A stretch of 55,346 bases of DNA from the NCBI GenBank assembly GCA_002331185.1, contig DCYW01000019.1, forward strand, positions 1-55,346, written 5' to 3'. The DNA comes from Patescibacteria group bacterium UBA2100 (lineage in GTDB: Bacteria > Patescibacteriota > Minisyncoccia > Phycocordibacterales > UBA2100). This document shows, in pieces, positions 28,283 through 38,267 of this stretch (position 1 is its first letter; every line of letters starts with the position of its first letter). The notes beneath the pieces were generated by a model. That model was not told where the DNA came from. It saw only the letters and a program-made list of their open reading frames with translations, and did no database searches. The position numbers and the translations under genes are program-made.

Positions 28283-28393
28283 TCACTTTTAGTTCATTTT
28301 AAGGTACTCTTGTGCCACGCCGTTTTTGGGCGTTTTTATTTTATTGTAGATTTCTACAACGCATACAACTATTAATTATTTAACTTATAAAGT

Positions 28394-30535
28394 ATGGCTC
28401 GTAAACTTCCACTAGATAAACTCCGAAACTTCGGAATCGTTGCTCACGTTGACGCTGGTAAAACAACAACCAGTGAGCGTGTTCTTTTTTACACAGGAAT
28501 GAGCCACAAGATTGGTGAAGTGCACGATGGAGAGACGGTCACTGATTGGATGGAGCAAGAGCGAGAACGTGGTATTACTATTACTGCAGCTGCTATTTCA
28601 TGTGATTGGCAGCCTACCTACGACAGAGAAGACGAAAGCAAGAAGCATGCATTTAACATCATCGACACACCTGGACACATCGATTTTACCGCAGAAGTAA
28701 AGCGTTCTATGCGCGTACTCGACGGAGCAGTTGTTGTGTTTGATGCTGTTGCCGGAGTTGAACCACAGTCAGAAACAAACTGGCGATACGCTGAAGAAGC
28801 GAACGTGCCACGTATTTGTTTTATCAACAAACTAGACCGAACAGGAGCAAGTTTTGAGCGTTCATATCAAAGTGTTCTTGATCGTCTTTCAAACAAGGCA
28901 ATTCGCGCGCAAATCCCTATTGGAGAAGAAGATAACCATGAAGGAGTGGTAGATTTGCTCACCATGAAGGCTTTCCGATTTGAAGGGCAGATGGGAATGG
29001 ACATCATTGAGGGAGAGGTCCCAGAAGAACTTAAGGCTGACGCAGAAAAATATCGTGCGGAATTGGTAGAAAAAATTGTTGAACAAGATGAAGAGGTAAT
29101 GAACGCGTATTTAGAAGGAACCGAACCTTCAGTTGATGAGCTAAAGAAGCTCCTTCGTAAGGCAGTTATCGCAAACGATGTATTCCTTGTGTACTGTGGT
29201 TCAGCTTTGAAGAACAAAGGAGTGCAACTTGTACTTGATGCTGTTGTTGACTATCTACCATCACCACTTGATCTTCCTCCGGTAACTGGAACAGACCCAA
29301 AAACCGGCGAAGAAGTGAGTCGGGCACCAAGTGATGAAGAACCGCTTGCAGCACTTGCCTTCAAGTTACAAACAGATCCGTTTGTTGGGCAACTTACATT
29401 CTTCCGAGTGTACTCAGGAGTATTTAAATCTGGCTCATACGTATATAACGCATCAACTGGAAACAAAGAGCGGGTTGGACGTATCGTCCGCCTTCAGGCT
29501 GACAAACGCGAAGAAGTTGAAGAGGTATACACAGGAGAAATTGCAGCCGCTGTTGGTTTAAAAGACACAAAAACAAGCCACACACTCTGTGATGAGGCAA
29601 ATCCTATTGTGCTTGAGGAGATGACATTCCCAGAACCTGTGGTTGCAGCTCGAATTGAACCAAAGACGAAGCAAGACCAGGAAAAAATGGGTATTGCACT
29701 CAATAAGCTTTCAGATGAGGATCCTACTTTCAAGGTATCTTCAGATCCGGAAACAATGGAAACAATCATTGCAGGAATGGGTGAGCTTCACTTAGAAATT
29801 CTTGTAGACCGTATGAAACGAGAGTTCAACGTTGAAGCAGATCTTGGTAAACCACAAGTAGCATATCGAGAAACAATCCAGGGAAATAATGAAGCAGAAG
29901 TGAAGTACATTAAACAAACAGGTGGTCGCGGACAATATGGACACGTTAAGTTGCGCATTAAGCCACTTGAAGAAATTGACCCAGAAGAAAAAATCGCAAA
30001 GAACATTGATCGCGAAGATCACTTTGAATTTGTTAACAACATTAAGGGAGGTGTTATTCCAAGCGAGTACATGCCTGCTATTAAGAAAGGTATTAAAGAA
30101 GCAATGGAGCGAGGTATTGTTGCAGGCTACGCAATGGTAGATATTTCAATAGACCTCTATGATGGTTCTTTCCATGATGTTGACTCATCAGAAATTGCCT
30201 TCAAGATTGCAGCTTCCCAGGCGTTCCAAGAAGCAGCAAAAGGAGCACAGCCAGTATTGCTAGAACCTATTATGAAGGTTGAGGTAACTACACCAGAGCA
30301 ATTTATGGGAGACGTAAACGGAAATCTAAACTCAATGCGAGGACAGGTGGAAGGTATGGATGACCGTGGTAACGCAAAGGTTATTACAGCAAAAGTGCCC
30401 CTCTCAGAAATGTTTGGGTACACAACAACACTACGGTCTATGACCGAAGGACGAGCAAACGCGACGATGGAATTTTCACACTACGCTGTGGTTCCACACA
30501 ATGTTGCCGAAGAAATAAAAACTGCTCGTTCGTAA
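28394..30535 (+). CDS. fusA: Elongation factor G
   Basis: GTPase motifs [18 protein letters not shown]; full EF-G length. Confidence 0.96.
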   Translation: MARKLPLDKLRNFGIVAHVDAGKTTTSERVLFYTGMSHKIGEVHDGETVTDWMEQERERGITITAAAISCDWQPTYDREDESKKHAFNIIDTPGHIDFTAEVKRSMRVLDGAVVVFDAVAGVEPQSETNWRYAEEANVPRICFINKLDRTGASFERSYQSVLDRLSNKAIRAQIPIGEEDNHEGVVDLLTMKAFRFEGQMGMDIIEGEVPEELKADAEKYRAELVEKIVEQDEEVMNAYLEGTEPSVDELKKLLRKAVIANDVFLVYCGSALKNKGVQLVLDAVVDYLPSPLDLPPVTGTDPKTGEEVSRAPSDEEPLAALAFKLQTDPFVGQLTFFRVYSGVFKSGSYVYNASTGNKERVGRIVRLQADKREEVEEVYTGEIAAAVGLKDTKTSHTLCDEANPIVLEEMTFPEPVVAARIEPKTKQDQEKMGIALNKLSDEDPTFKVSSDPETMETIIAGMGELHLEILVDRMKREFNVEADLGKPQVAYRETIQGNNEAEVKYIKQTGGRGQYGHVKLRIKPLEEIDPEEKIAKNIDREDHFEFVNNIKGGVIPSEYMPAIKKGIKEAMERGIVAGYAMVDISIDLYDGSFHDVDSSEIAFKIAASQAFQEAAKGAQPVLLEPIMKVEVTTPEQFMGDVNGNLNSMRGQVEGMDDRGNAKVITAKVPLSEMFGYTTTLRSMTEGRANATMEFSHYAVVPHNVAEEIKTARS

Positions 30536-30559
30536 CATTCGTAACAGTAGGGGAATTAT

Positions 30560-30597
30560 AAAAACAAAACGACACTCTTCAGTGTCGTTTTGTTTTT
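30560..30597 (+). terminator. Intrinsic terminator after fusA
   Basis: 17-bp stem aaaaacaaaacgacact/agtgtcgttttgttttt. Confidence 0.8.
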
Positions 30598-30782
30598 ATA
30601 CAGTTTCTCTTGACTCAGCACATGGTTTTGCTACCATGTGTCCACGCGTGTTGCGCGCTTTTTTATATTGTGTGCGCAGTGTGTAATTAATAATGCGATT
30701 GCACAATGTAGGGTAGCAGTTCTCGCGCCTCTACGTTGGGTAATCGTCGGGATGTACTCCCACTAATAATAAACGTAATTTT

Positions 30783-31979
30783 ATGGCAGAAGCTTTTGAT
30801 CGTTCAAAGCCTCACCTAAACGTTGGAACAATTGGTCACGTTGACCATGGAAAGACAACGCTTACAGCGGCTATTTTGAACTCACTTCACCTTTCAGGTA
30901 ATACTGTAAAGATGAAGAAAATCGATGAAATCGATAATGCTCCAGAAGAAAAGGAGCGAGGTATTACCATTGCACTCTCACACAACGAGTACGAAACTGA
31001 AGGTCGTCACTACGCACACATTGATGCGCCTGGTCACGCCGACTACATTAAAAACATGATCACTGGTGCCGCACAGATGGACGGTGCTATTCTTGTGGTG
31101 GCCGCAACTGACGGTTTGATGCCGCAAACACGTGAACACATTCTGCTTGCAAAGCAGGTGGGTGTTCCACGAATCATTGTTTTCTTGAACAAGACAGATA
31201 TGCCCGATGTTGACGAGGAAATGATCGAACTTGTTGAAGAGGAAATCCGTGAAGATCTTACAAAGTACGGTTTTGACGGTGCAAACACACCATTTATCCG
31301 CGGTTCAGCTCTTAAGGGGTCTGAAGCGACTGATGTAAATGACGAATGGGTACAAAAGATTCTTGAGCTTACAAAGTCTATGGACGAGTACTTTGAAGTA
31401 CCAAAGCGAGAGACTGACAAGCCATTTCTCATGCCTATCGAGGACGTATTCTCAATTGAAGGGCGAGGTACAGTTGTTACTGGTCGTATCGAACAAGGTA
31501 AAGTAAAGATTGGTGAAGAGGTTGAAATCGTTGGTATAAAAGAGACTACCAAGACAACAATCACTGGAATCGAGATGTTTAACAAGCAACTTGAAGAGGG
31601 TCTTGCAGGAGACAACGCAGGAATCCTACTCCGTGGTACAAAGAAAGAAGATGTACATCGAGGACAAGTTCTTGCAGCCAGTGGTTCAATCACACCTCAC
31701 ACAGAATTTGAAGCGGAAGTATATGTACTTTCAAAGGAAGAAGGCGGACGTCACACTCCATTTTTCTCAGGGTACAAGCCGCAATTCTACATGCGAACCA
31801 CAGACGTCACTGGTGAGGTAACACTCCCAGATGGAACTGAAATGGTTATGCCGGGAGACACTGCAACCTTCAAGGTCAAGCTTGTTGGACCTATTGCTCT
31901 TGACGAACAAATGAAGTTTACTGTTCGTGAAGGTGGACGTACCGTTGGTGCAGGTGTGCTAACAAAAATAGTTGCCTAA
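30783..31979 (+). CDS. tuf: Elongation factor Tu
   Basis: [22 protein letters not shown]; 398 aa. Confidence 0.97.
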   Translation: MAEAFDRSKPHLNVGTIGHVDHGKTTLTAAILNSLHLSGNTVKMKKIDEIDNAPEEKERGITIALSHNEYETEGRHYAHIDAPGHADYIKNMITGAAQMDGAILVVAATDGLMPQTREHILLAKQVGVPRIIVFLNKTDMPDVDEEMIELVEEEIREDLTKYGFDGANTPFIRGSALKGSEATDVNDEWVQKILELTKSMDEYFEVPKRETDKPFLMPIEDVFSIEGRGTVVTGRIEQGKVKIGEEVEIVGIKETTKTTITGIEMFNKQLEEGLAGDNAGILLRGTKKEDVHRGQVLAASGSITPHTEFEAEVYVLSKEEGGRHTPFFSGYKPQFYMRTTDVTGEVTLPDGTEMVMPGDTATFKVKLVGPIALDEQMKFTVREGGRTVGAGVLTKIVA

Positions 31980-32041
31980 CAACTAATGGAGCTACAAACT
32001 TGCAATAAACACAACTACACAGTATTGTGTGCGAACGTTCT

Positions 32042-32395
32042 ATGACAGTAACAGAGAAAAAAACAAAAAAACCGGCAGTAAAGGGAGGCGCAGAACGTCT
32101 TCGAATACGGGTTCGTGCATACGAACACAAGCTGTTGGATGTATCAGTGAAGCAAATCATCGACACTGCATTTCGCTTTGAGGCTGAAGTTCGAGGTCCG
32201 GTACCACTTCCTACAGAAATTAAGAAGTACACAGTAAACCGTTCAACTTTTGTCCACAAAGATGCGCGAGAACAATTTGAAATGCGTGTGCACAAGCGAT
32301 TGATTGAAATTCTACACCCAACTCCTAAAGTTATTGAGGCACTTACAAACATCAGTTTGCCAGCAGGAGTCTCAATTGACGTTAAGATGGTGTAA
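32042..32395 (+). CDS. rpsJ: 30S ribosomal protein S10
   Basis: LRIRVRAYEHKLLD..RGPVPLPT; start at ATG 32042. Confidence 0.93.
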   Translation: MTVTEKKTKKPAVKGGAERLRIRVRAYEHKLLDVSVKQIIDTAFRFEAEVRGPVPLPTEIKKYTVNRSTFVHKDAREQFEMRVHKRLIEILHPTPKVIEALTNISLPAGVSIDVKMV

Positions 32396-32419
32396 TAATT
32401 CTCTGCGAAAGCTACTAAC

Positions 32420-32449
32420 AAAAAAACCGCCCCTAGGGGCGGTTTTTTT
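32420..32449 (+). terminator. Intrinsic terminator after rpsJ
   Basis: aaaaaaaccgcccc-ta-ggggcggttttttt. Confidence 0.85.
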
Positions 32450-32533
32450 GCATACCCTATGTTTTTACTATGTTTAAAATGATACACTCGTTAGCAGGTT
32501 GTTTCTTATTCAGTCAGCATTGGAGGTATGCAC

Positions 32534-32680
32534 ATGACTAAGAAAAAGATTAGTTCGAAGTTTAAGGAGTGGATCACTAGTGGCTGGAGGCTCACTACGC
32601 TATTGCGTATAGCCCTTTTTTTGGTGCTTGGTGTCTTGATTCTGGTGATATTTTCACCAGCAGGTGTTGATATCATCTAA
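32534..32680 (+). CDS. Hypothetical 48-aa basic/hydrophobic membrane peptide
   Basis: Own translation: MTKKKISSKFKEWITSGWRLTTLLRIALFLVLGVLILVIFSPAGVDII. GGAGG lies 7 nt upstream and an intrinsic terminator follows at 32727-32760. Too short for the ORF track. Confidence 0.45.
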   Translation: MTKKKISSKFKEWITSGWRLTTLLRIALFLVLGVLILVIFSPAGVDII

Positions 32681-32726
32681 GAATTATCGAAGCCATCGGC
32701 ACTCAAATGAACAAAGAGACATCACG

Positions 32727-32760
32727 AAACCACCTGAGCATACATTCTCAGGTGGTTTTT
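32727..32760 (+). terminator. Intrinsic terminator after the 48-aa peptide gene
   Basis: aaaccacctgag..ctcaggtggttttt. Confidence 0.75.
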
Positions 32761-32949
32761 CTAAAAAGGACGACATTTCAATTCACTGTTCAGTACAAAA
32801 TTTCTTTAGAAACACCTTTTATCTTGCCAATAGAGAAGGAAAGAAAATGAATGGATTTTATTCGATTTGGTTTTTGTTTCCAAAGGAACACAGGTGTGTT
32901 ACTACTGTTCCACCACTATCGTGTGACGATATATTTCGGAGGTAAAACA

Positions 32950-33258
32950 ATGTCCTTAATGGATGATTTGACACTATTTTGTGAAAAGCTCGGCGAAGTT
33001 CGTACGGCGAATAAAAAGATTCAGCACAAAACAGGCCTCCCAGGAGCGCAGCTTGTCGTGCTTAGCTTCTTATGTGATGGAGAGAAGCAAACGCTTCGCG
33101 ATATCCATGACGCCACTTTCCTTCATTGGTTTGTGATGTCGCACGCTGTTTCCGTCCTTACTAAAGAGGGCTCTGTTATCAAAAGCAAAAGCATGCGGAG
33201 TATTACGGATGAAGGACTTCTTATCCTTGAAAAAGCCGAAAAAGAATACACGGAGTAA
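32950..33258 (+). CDS. Small MarR-like winged-helix protein
   Basis: GGAGG upstream of ATG 32950. QLVVLSFLCDGEKQTLRDIHDAT...VSHAVSVLTKEGSVIKSK..ITDEG resembles a minimal MarR wHTH. A terminator lies at 33268-33302. Confidence 0.5.
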   Translation: MSLMDDLTLFCEKLGEVRTANKKIQHKTGLPGAQLVVLSFLCDGEKQTLRDIHDATFLHWFVMSHAVSVLTKEGSVIKSKSMRSITDEGLLILEKAEKEYTE

Positions 33259-33267
33259 AAGGCAGAG

Positions 33268-33302
33268 CAACCACGGCGCGATTGAAACGCGCGCCGTGGT
33301 TG
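33268..33302 (+). terminator. Intrinsic terminator after the MarR-like gene
   Basis: caaccacggcgcg..cgcgccgtggttg, followed by a T-rich run. Confidence 0.75.
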
Positions 33303-33327
33303 TATTATTTTTAAACTTAGGTATACT
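33300..33327 (+). promoter_or_regulatory. Candidate promoter for rplC (TTGTAT-16-TATACT) giving an about 200-nt leader
   Basis: Hexamer match and spacing, directly after a terminator. Confidence 0.35.
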
Positions 33328-33535
33328 CTTTGAGTCTTAGAAGACGGCTATGTCCCCTTGAGAGTGTTCTCATGAGGAACCAATGGCACTCAGCAAGCTG
33401 CTCAGTGTTATTGAGTAGCATTTTTAAATGAGCAAACGAACGTAAGCGACTATTGCGAATTTATGTCCGAATTTCCTTTTTTCAAAGAGGAAATTCCTGG
33501 ACGAGACATACAAAAAACAAATCAACTCAATTTCA

Positions 33536-34144
33536 ATGAAATTCATTCTTGCAACAAAACAGAAGATGACTCAGATATTCGATGAAACAGGAAAGGTATT
33601 TCCTGCAACTGTTGTAAGTGCTGGTCCAGTTACTGTTACTCAAGTAAAGAACGCAGACGTAGATGGTTACGAATCTGTGCAGATTGGTTTTGGTGAAGAA
33701 AAAGAAAAGAATTTAAAGAAAGCGCAAAAAGGACACTTTGGAGATCTTGGATCTTTCAAGACACTTCGAGAATTTCGAGTACCAAACGGCAAGGCACAAA
33801 AGGGAGATGTTATTGATGCTACTGCTTTTGAAGTAGGCGACAGGGTTACCGTAAGTGCTATCAGTAAAGGTAAGGGGAACCAAGGTGTGGTAAAGAGGCA
33901 TAACTTTGCAGGAGGAAACCGAACGCACGGTAACAAGCACTCAGAGCGACGCCCTGGTTCTATTGGCTCCACTGGTCCACAGCGCGTACTAAAGGGTCTT
34001 AAAATGATGGGGCGAATGGGTAGCGATCGTGTTACCGTAAAGAACCTGAAGGTTCTACAAATTGACAAAGACACCAACACGCTGGTAATTTCAGGGGCAA
34101 TTCCTGGTCGCCCTGGAACATTAGTTGAGATTCATCACGCATAG
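33536..34144 (+). CDS. rplC: 50S ribosomal protein L3
   Basis: Conserved L3 sequence and operon position. Confidence 0.95.
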   Translation: MKFILATKQKMTQIFDETGKVFPATVVSAGPVTVTQVKNADVDGYESVQIGFGEEKEKNLKKAQKGHFGDLGSFKTLREFRVPNGKAQKGDVIDATAFEVGDRVTVSAISKGKGNQGVVKRHNFAGGNRTHGNKHSERRPGSIGSTGPQRVLKGLKMMGRMGSDRVTVKNLKVLQIDKDTNTLVISGAIPGRPGTLVEIHHA

Positions 34145-34147
34145 CCT

Positions 34148-34834
34148 ATGAAATCAGATATTTACACACAAGAAGGAAAGAAGAAGGGCAGTGTTGAATT
34201 ACCAACATCAGTATTTGAGGCTGCATGGAAGAGTTCACTTGTACACCAAGTGGTAGTAGGAATGCAGGCAAACGCACGTACTCCAATTGCACACACAAAA
34301 ATTCGTAGTGAAGTAAAAGGTGGTGGAAAGAAGCCTTGGAAGCAAAAAGGAACTGGACGAGCACGACATGGTTCAAGCCGAAGTCCTATCTGGCGCGGTG
34401 GTGGAGTAACATTTGGTCCACGAAACGACAAGGTTTTTGCGAAAAAGATAAACCGTAAAGAGCGAGCACAAGCACTGTACAGTGTACTTTCTCGAAAAGT
34501 TAAGGAAGGGCAAGTTCTCTTTGTAGATTCGCTTACTTTTGAGGCACCAAAGGCATCACACGCACATACTGTTATTGCTAATCTTGCAGGTGTATCAGGA
34601 TTTGAAACCTTGGCATCAAAGAAGCACAATACAGCACTGATTGTTCTTGCAGAAAAGAATACAAACACACAAAAAAGCTTTAGCAACTTTGGTAATATAA
34701 AGGTTGGTCTTACAGAAAACCTCAACACAGTAGATGCACTCAAGTACAAGCATCTTATTATCGTTTCACCAGAAGAAAGTATTAAAGAACTTGAAGCGCG
34801 AGCACAAGTATCTCGTGTAAAAGCAACAACATAG
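34148..34834 (+). CDS. rplD: 50S ribosomal protein L4
   Basis: KPWKQKGTGRARHGS motif. Confidence 0.95.
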   Translation: MKSDIYTQEGKKKGSVELPTSVFEAAWKSSLVHQVVVGMQANARTPIAHTKIRSEVKGGGKKPWKQKGTGRARHGSSRSPIWRGGGVTFGPRNDKVFAKKINRKERAQALYSVLSRKVKEGQVLFVDSLTFEAPKASHAHTVIANLAGVSGFETLASKKHNTALIVLAEKNTNTQKSFSNFGNIKVGLTENLNTVDALKYKHLIIVSPEESIKELEARAQVSRVKATT

Positions 34835-34837
34835 CGT

Positions 34838-35260
34838 ATGGCAGCATTATTTGGAAAAAAAGAAGAAAAGAAAGAGGTTGAGGGAGCTACATCAGTAGTT
34901 GAGACAACTAAAAACCTGCCTGAGCAGGAAGGAGAAGCAAAGAGTGTCACAGCACATAATCAAGTTGTTGATGGAAGCGAAGATCTTGCGCGTGTTTTGA
35001 CACACCCACGTATTACAGAAAAAGCAACAAATGGCATTGAGCATGGAGTGTATGTGTTCAACGTTGCACCCAACACAAACAAGAAGCAGATTAAGGAAGC
35101 GATCAAGCTCATATACAATGTAGACCCAGTTAAAGTGCACGTGACCACAATTCGTCGAAAGAATGTTCGAAATTCACGTACTGGCGTGAAAGGAATGAAG
35201 TCAGGAGGTAAAAAAGCGTACGTGTATCTTAAAAAGGGTGACACCATTTCAATAATGTAA
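34838..35260 (+). CDS. rplW: 50S ribosomal protein L23 with about 50-aa N-terminal extension
   Basis: L23 core from ..LARVLTHPRITEKAT. The ATG lies 3 nt after the rplD stop, with no later start available. Confidence 0.9.
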   Translation: MAALFGKKEEKKEVEGATSVVETTKNLPEQEGEAKSVTAHNQVVDGSEDLARVLTHPRITEKATNGIEHGVYVFNVAPNTNKKQIKEAIKLIYNVDPVKVHVTTIRRKNVRNSRTGVKGMKSGGKKAYVYLKKGDTISIM

Positions 35261-35262
35261 GT

Positions 35263-36105
35263 ATGAAAAAGCATAAACCAATAACACCAGGTCGTCGTGG
35301 GATGACACGAGTTTCATACAAAGCAAAGGTAACAACAAGCAAACCGCTGAAGTCGCTTACTCGTGGTTCTAAGCGAGCTGTAGGGCGCAATTCAGCAGGG
35401 CGTATTACTACCCGACACAAAGGTGGTGGACACAAGCGCCGATGGCGAGAGATTGATTTCAAGTACGATAAGATGGGTATTCCAGCTAAAATTGAAACTA
35501 TTGAATACGATCCAAATCGAACTGCATATATTGGCCTCGCGCTGTATGCAGATGGTGAGCGACGGTACGTAGTTATTCCGAAGTCTGTAGAAGCTGGGCA
35601 CGAATTTCTAATTGCAGAAGACGCACCAGTGAAAACTGCGGGACGTCTACCGTTAGGTAAGATTCCAATTGGTACATTTGTATACAACCTTGAAATTAAA
35701 CCAGGTGGAGGAGCAAAGCTTGTTCGTTCAGCTGGAAACTACGCAGAAGTTATTGCACACGATGCTGGATACACACAAATTAAGATGCCATCATCTGAAG
35801 TTCGAAAGATTTTGAGTACTGCATGGGCATGTGTTGGTGAAGTTTCAAATGATGAACACAAACTTGTAACTATTGGTAAAGCAGGGCGTGCACGACACAT
35901 GGGACGTCGTCCAACAGTTCGTGGTGCTGCCATGAACGCTGTAGATCACCCACATGGTGGTGGTGAAGGTAAGGCAGGACGCGGACACCGTCGAGCACGA
36001 AGTAAGTGGGGTAAGCCTACAGGAAAGGGACAAAAGACTCGAAAGGCAAAGAAATATTCAAACACACTTATTGTTCGACGCCGAAAGGTTGGCAAGAAGC
36101 GATAA
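35263..36105 (+). CDS. rplB: 50S ribosomal protein L2
   Basis: Conserved L2 (..MNAVDHPHGGGEG..). Confidence 0.96.
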   Translation: MKKHKPITPGRRGMTRVSYKAKVTTSKPLKSLTRGSKRAVGRNSAGRITTRHKGGGHKRRWREIDFKYDKMGIPAKIETIEYDPNRTAYIGLALYADGERRYVVIPKSVEAGHEFLIAEDAPVKTAGRLPLGKIPIGTFVYNLEIKPGGGAKLVRSAGNYAEVIAHDAGYTQIKMPSSEVRKILSTAWACVGEVSNDEHKLVTIGKAGRARHMGRRPTVRGAAMNAVDHPHGGGEGKAGRGHRRARSKWGKPTGKGQKTRKAKKYSNTLIVRRRKVGKKR

Positions 36106-36114
36106 TAAAAAAAC

Positions 36115-36138
36115 GACAGCGTAAGCTGTCTTTTTTTT
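36115..36138 (+). terminator. Intrinsic terminator after rplB
   Basis: gacagc-gtaa-gctgtc followed by T8. Confidence 0.75.
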
Positions 36139-36152
36139 ATTCAGATAAAGTA

Positions 36153-36184
36153 AAAGGCCTCACGAATACGTTCGTGAGGCCTTT
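36153..36184 (-). terminator. Hairpin downstream of the purC-like gene
   Basis: aaaggcctcacgaa/ttcgtgaggccttt. Confidence 0.65.
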
Positions 36185-36201
36185 CTGGAGTTTGAAAGAG
36201 C

Positions 36202-37035
36202 TTAGAGATCGATGAGCTTTCGGCTCATCTCCGCGATCTCTTCATAGATTGCGGCAACTTTTGCGAGCAGCTCAGGATCAAGTTCACCGTCGCGGTACAC
36301 CTGTTTGTCCATATTCTGTCCGTTTTTGAGTAGTCGCCACGAATCACTGTCGAGGACATCGGCAAGAACAAGCTTGCCATCCGCGGTCAATCCGAACTCT
36401 AACTTAAAATCGACTAAGGTATAGCCGAGTTTATCCCAGCGGTCTTCCAGAATATGAAAAACCTGTCGTGCATGGTGATGCATTGAAGCATACTTATTTT
36501 CACCACCGATTTCACCCAAGATCTTATTGAGAAAGATGCTTGCAAAGAACTTACCTTCTGCCTGCCTTGGATCGAAGAGGTATGCCGATCCAATCGCAAA
36601 ATTGAACTCAATAAGCGGATCGTCACACGGAAGCGACAAACCTTCCCATACACAGTCATTGGTCTTAAGGTAAAATTCTACGATAAGAGCATCGAACCGA
36701 TGTCTTTTTTTCAGATTCGGATGGCGTTTGAGATATGATCCATATGCTTCACGACGCACGACCACTTCAAGTGGGATCATCGTGCAGTTGAGAGCATAGA
36801 AAGATACATCATCTCGCGCATGATTGTATGCGACAGGAATGCCGTGTGCCTGAAGTAGGTTGAAGACACAGCATGTTGTGGTCGTAGACCAACCACCTTT
36901 TCCGGGCAGTGTATCACATCGTGCACCATCACCAGCTGTGATGTTGTCGTTTGAAACGATAAGCACCTCTTTCGGACTAACCGTACTATAAATTGTCTTG
37001 GTCTTACCCTTTGCGATAACTTTATCTGGTTCCAT
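36202..37035 (-). CDS. purC: SAICAR synthetase (PurC)-family protein, antisense to the ribosomal operon
   Basis: Aligns by eye along its length with E. coli PurC: GKTKTIYST, NDNITAGDGAR, IPLEVVVRREAYGS, LVDFKLEFGL, DSDSWRL. Confidence 0.8.
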   Translation of the reverse strand: MEPDKVIAKGKTKTIYSTVSPKEVLIVSNDNITAGDGARCDTLPGKGGWSTTTTCCVFNLLQAHGIPVAYNHARDDVSFYALNCTMIPLEVVVRREAYGSYLKRHPNLKKRHRFDALIVEFYLKTNDCVWEGLSLPCDDPLIEFNFAIGSAYLFDPRQAEGKFFASIFLNKILGEIGGENKYASMHHHARQVFHILEDRWDKLGYTLVDFKLEFGLTADGKLVLADVLDSDSWRLLKNGQNMDKQVYRDGELDPELLAKVAAIYEEIAEMSRKLIDL

Positions 37036-37112
37036 AACGTAACTCCTTGTTTCATGGGTTTGAGCTAAACTAATCTACGTGAACTATACAAATAAACACG
37101 GCTAACGCAAGA

Positions 37113-37147
37113 AAAAGTGCCTGACGTAAAGATTGTCAGGCACTTTT
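37113..37147 (-). terminator. Intrinsic terminator after the 76-aa gene
   Basis: aaaagtgcctgac/gtcaggcactttt, with a T-run on the minus strand. Confidence 0.7.
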
Positions 37148-37157
37148 CAACAGGCAC

Positions 37158-37388
37158 TTATTTCTTGGTGCGAATGAGCAATAGTTCCTCGCGGTACTTT
37201 CGTAAGTACTGATTCAAATAAAGAACATCTGCTCCTTTGGCCTCTTCGAGCGCTTCTTCGATACGTCCTATTGCAATATTGAGCGCAAATACACGCGTGA
37301 AAGCTTCTCGTGCGTGAGCAGATACATCTTCAGGACTAAATTCTTCGATGGATTTACCATCTCTAGAAACAGTGTAGCGAGTTTCCAT
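37158..37388 (-). CDS. Hypothetical 76-aa helical protein
   Basis: AAAGGAG SD 7 nt before the ATG at 37388 (METRYTV..). A terminator lies at 37113-37147. Confidence 0.45.
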   Translation of the reverse strand: METRYTVSRDGKSIEEFSPEDVSAHAREAFTRVFALNIAIGRIEEALEEAKGADVLYLNQYLRKYREELLLIRTKK

Positions 37389-37485
37389 GTACAAGCTCCT
37401 TTCTGTACAAGGCACATTCAAGGTACCAAAACTCATAATATGCTCCATCTGTAGTTTCGCAAGTACGTGCAGGAGCACAATAAGA

Positions 37486-37514
37486 TTGACTTATCGACCA
37501 ATTTCGCATAGTAT
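37486..37514 (+). promoter_or_regulatory. Candidate promoter for rpsS (TTGACT-17-TAGTAT)
   Basis: Near-consensus hexamers with 17-nt spacing, about 85 nt before the rpsS ATG. Confidence 0.45.
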
Positions 37515-37598
37515 ATGCGGCACGCCACTGAGGCGGCTTTTTATTGCAAAGCGAGAGGAGCTCACAAGCCTCTCTGTACAGGCAATATATCCAAAAAT

Positions 37599-37928
37599 AT
37601 GACACGATCAATAAAAAAAGGACCTTACATCGACGCTAAGTTGATGAAAAAAATTACCGGGAAAACTCCAGAAAATAGTGGGGTAATTAATACGTGGGCA
37701 CGTGGAAGTGATATCGCACCAGAAATGGTAGGTTTCACTTTTGGTGTACATAACGGACGAAAGCATATTGAAGTATTGGTAACTGATGACATGGTAGGAC
37801 ATAAGCTTGGTGAATTTGCACCAACCAAGACCTTCCATCGACACGGAGGTAAGATGCAGAAGGAGCTTGAAGTAAAGAAGAAAGAGGCTGAAATTACTGC
37901 AGCTAAAGCTGCAAAAGCAGCAGCGTAA
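37599..37928 (+). CDS. rpsS: 30S ribosomal protein S19 with K/A/E-rich C-terminal tail
   Basis: [12 protein letters not shown]..; start at ATG 37599. Confidence 0.94.
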   Translation: MTRSIKKGPYIDAKLMKKITGKTPENSGVINTWARGSDIAPEMVGFTFGVHNGRKHIEVLVTDDMVGHKLGEFAPTKTFHRHGGKMQKELEVKKKEAEITAAKAAKAAA

Positions 37929-37936
37929 TACGTACT

Positions 37937-38266
37937 ATGAAGGCATTTTTGAAGAACTATTCACAATCACCACGCAAGGTACGTCTTGTAGCTGATTTGA
38001 TTCGCGGAAAAGATGTGCAGCATGCACGGGCTATCCTTTCATTTATGGACAAAAAGTCAGCACCTGATCTTAAGAAACTTCTTGAATCAGCACTTGCTAA
38101 CGCTGAAAACCAAAAAAAGAATACAGAAGATTTGGTAGTCAAGGAAATTTTTGTTGATTCAGCAGGAGGCGCACTACGTCGATGGCGTCCACGTGCTTTC
38201 GGTCGCGCAGCACCATTTCGCCGTCACTCAAGTAAAATAACCCTCCAATTAGGGGAAAAACAATAA
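37937..38266 (+). CDS. rplV: 50S ribosomal protein L22
   Basis: Sequence and operon position. Confidence 0.94.
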   Translation: MKAFLKNYSQSPRKVRLVADLIRGKDVQHARAILSFMDKKSAPDLKKLLESALANAENQKKNTEDLVVKEIFVDSAGGALRRWRPRAFGRAAPFRRHSSKITLQLGEKQ

Positions 38267-38267
38267 T

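Noticed and set aside
34162-34950. Long antisense ORFs opposite conserved genes. Examples are 262 aa opposite rplD/rplW, 216 aa at 31043-31693 opposite tuf, 191 aa at 43119-43694 opposite rpsE, and 232 aa at 5250-5948 opposite the coiled-coil gene.
   Set aside because: They lie entirely within well-supported genes on the other strand. They are Ser/Arg/Pro/Cys-rich low-complexity translations typical of the reverse frame of K/E/G-rich genes, and they have no SD.
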